A stretch of 63,997 nt of DNA, counting the filler, from Basidioascus undulatus (lineage: Eukaryota): NCBI GenBank assembly GCA_000826855.1. It is 6 parts of 6 records of this genome, joined end to end, with 100 filler letters (N's around TTAATTAATTAA, not from the genome) between each part and the next. Parts side by side here need not be neighbours in the genome. Positions count along the whole stretch, not along the records: positions 53,633 to 63,997 come from JTLS01001137.1; 5 more parts are not named here. One strand, written 5' to 3'. The translations under genes and the position numbers were made by a program. Below are positions 63,600-63,997 of this stretch, in pieces. How positions within the stretch are numbered: the first letter of the stretch is position 1; the number at the start of each line of letters is the position of its first letter. The notes below the pieces were generated by a model. That model worked only from the letters and a program-made list of their open reading frames with translations, did not search any database and had not been told where the DNA came from.

Positions 63600-63997
63600 G
63601 CCCGGCCGTACGCCCCACCATCCACAACCCCTCCCCCTCTCCCTTATCTCACCACTCCTTCTTCGCATTCCACGGGCTCCCCCCGCCCCCCACCGCGCCA
63701 AAAACAAAAGGCCTCGGCTTCTGCTCCTCCACGCCAAACGTCGCCCCAAACCCCCCATCCTCATCCTCCTCCCCCGACTCGATCGAAACGATGCTCGATG
63801 CGCGTGGCCGCCCGGGAGCGGAGCGGGTGAACGTCGGCTGAGGCGGCGGCGGCGGGGGCAGGACTGATGCGGGAGAGGGCGAGGGCGAGGGAGAGGAGAA
63901 GGGGGAGGAGGAGGAGGAGATGGAGATTGCGCGGAGGTAGGGGGTGAGGGTGGTTGTTGGTTTGGCGGTGTGGGTGTGGGTTGGGGTGGGGGTTGGG
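63600..63997 (-). CDS. Low-complexity 3' part of a gene entering from beyond the window
   Basis: The minus frame reads QPTFTRSAPGRPRASSIVSIESGEEDEDGGFGATFGVEEQKPRPFVFG with GC-rich codons. Confidence 0.35.

Noticed and set aside
1..63997. Isoprenoid/ubiquinone or DNA-repair gene cluster (ERG12 + COQ7; RAD30 + AlkB)
   Set aside because: The genes lie on different concatenated contigs, so their adjacency is artificial.

Overview
This is eukaryotic, intron-rich fungal DNA. It is probably a basidiomycete and plausibly Pucciniomycotina, inferred from gene content, short GT/GC-AG introns with CTRAC branch sites, and GC-rich codon usage. The window is not one locus: six contigs of about 10.6 kb are joined by artificial N-TTAATTAATTAA-N spacers, apparently in order of length, so gene order across spacers means nothing. 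Recognisable genes are a monothiol glutaredoxin (3' end), a Pex24/Pex30-type dysferlin-domain peroxin, a type I metacaspase, NOP9, CSN6, a Mei2-like RRM protein, DNA polymerase eta, a KRE6/SKN1 GH16 gene, COQ7, MED17, an UNC-93-like MFS protein, a Zn2Cys6 transcription factor, RPC3/RPC82, mevalonate kinase and an AVT-type amino-acid transporter. The most notable signal is decayed non-transposon genes lying between apparently intact housekeeping genes. These include a KRE6 copy with frameshifts, an AlkB-like dioxygenase relic abutting an apparently truncated MED17, a possible chitin deacetylase fragment abutting the KRE6 3' end, an APH-type kinase with stop codons, and two F-box/LRR relics. KRE6 also shows 3-7 nt microexons and up to four GC-AG introns. 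I found no convincing novel multi-gene system, no CRISPR array, no RNA gene and no clearly identifiable transposon. All family assignments are by eye from motifs, not from database searches.
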